A stretch of 50,595 nucleotides of DNA. It comes from a virus (taxonomy: Duplodnaviria; Caudoviricetes). The position numbers were made by a program, and so were the translations under genes. The stretch's first letter is position 1; every line of letters begins with the position of its first letter. Below, one piece after another: positions 50,580 to 50,595 of this stretch. Location: positions 1-50,595 of the IMG/VR virus record IMGVR_UViG_3300009604_000003; one strand, 5' to 3'. Below the pieces are notes generated by a model, which worked only from the letters and a program-made list of their open reading frames with translations, was not told where the DNA came from and ran no database searches.

Positions 50580-50595
50580 ATCATCCCCTTTCTAA
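50473..50595. repeat. Terminal direct repeat (copy 2)
   Basis: Identical to 1-123. Confidence 0.95.

Noticed and set aside
1-50595. tRNA, rRNA, integrase, reverse transcriptase/DGR
   Set aside because: No cloverleaf, recombinase or RT motifs, or TR/VR pairs, were recognised by eye

Overview
The window looks like a complete, circularly assembled ~50.5 kb dsDNA tailed-phage genome. Bases 1-123 are repeated exactly at 50473-50595, so the unit length is 50,472 bp. Gene content is podovirus-like. A head module lies on the + strand (GroES-like co-chaperonin, terminase, probable portal, scaffold and major capsid, 5.2-16.3 kb). It converges on a - strand block holding early genes, replication genes (prim-pol/helicase, SNF2 helicase, SSB, resolvase, iteron origin), membrane/lysis genes, tail genes and a 3,418-aa polyvalent internal virion protein with ADP-ribosyltransferase-like and HExxH-peptidase-like domains. 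I recognised no DNA polymerase, integrase, tRNA or CRISPR array. The most striking unexplained signal is the 3.2-5.1 kb region at the early/late divergence point, which is saturated with DNA hairpins. It contains seven tandem, sequence-distinct 13-17 bp stem hairpins, a G-quadruplex-like tract, a 112-nt long stem, two genes whose coding sequences are full of hairpins, and tandem AYGTGA repeat arrays. It also holds one of three copies of a conserved, asymmetrically bulged hairpin (CTCTCTTCA-TTC-TGAAGAGAG) that recurs about every 3 kb through the early region. Other oddities are an invertebrate-type lysozyme among early genes, a frameshifted mini-ArdA and Cys-rich tail proteins. All product calls come from motif recognition by eye; no database searches were run.
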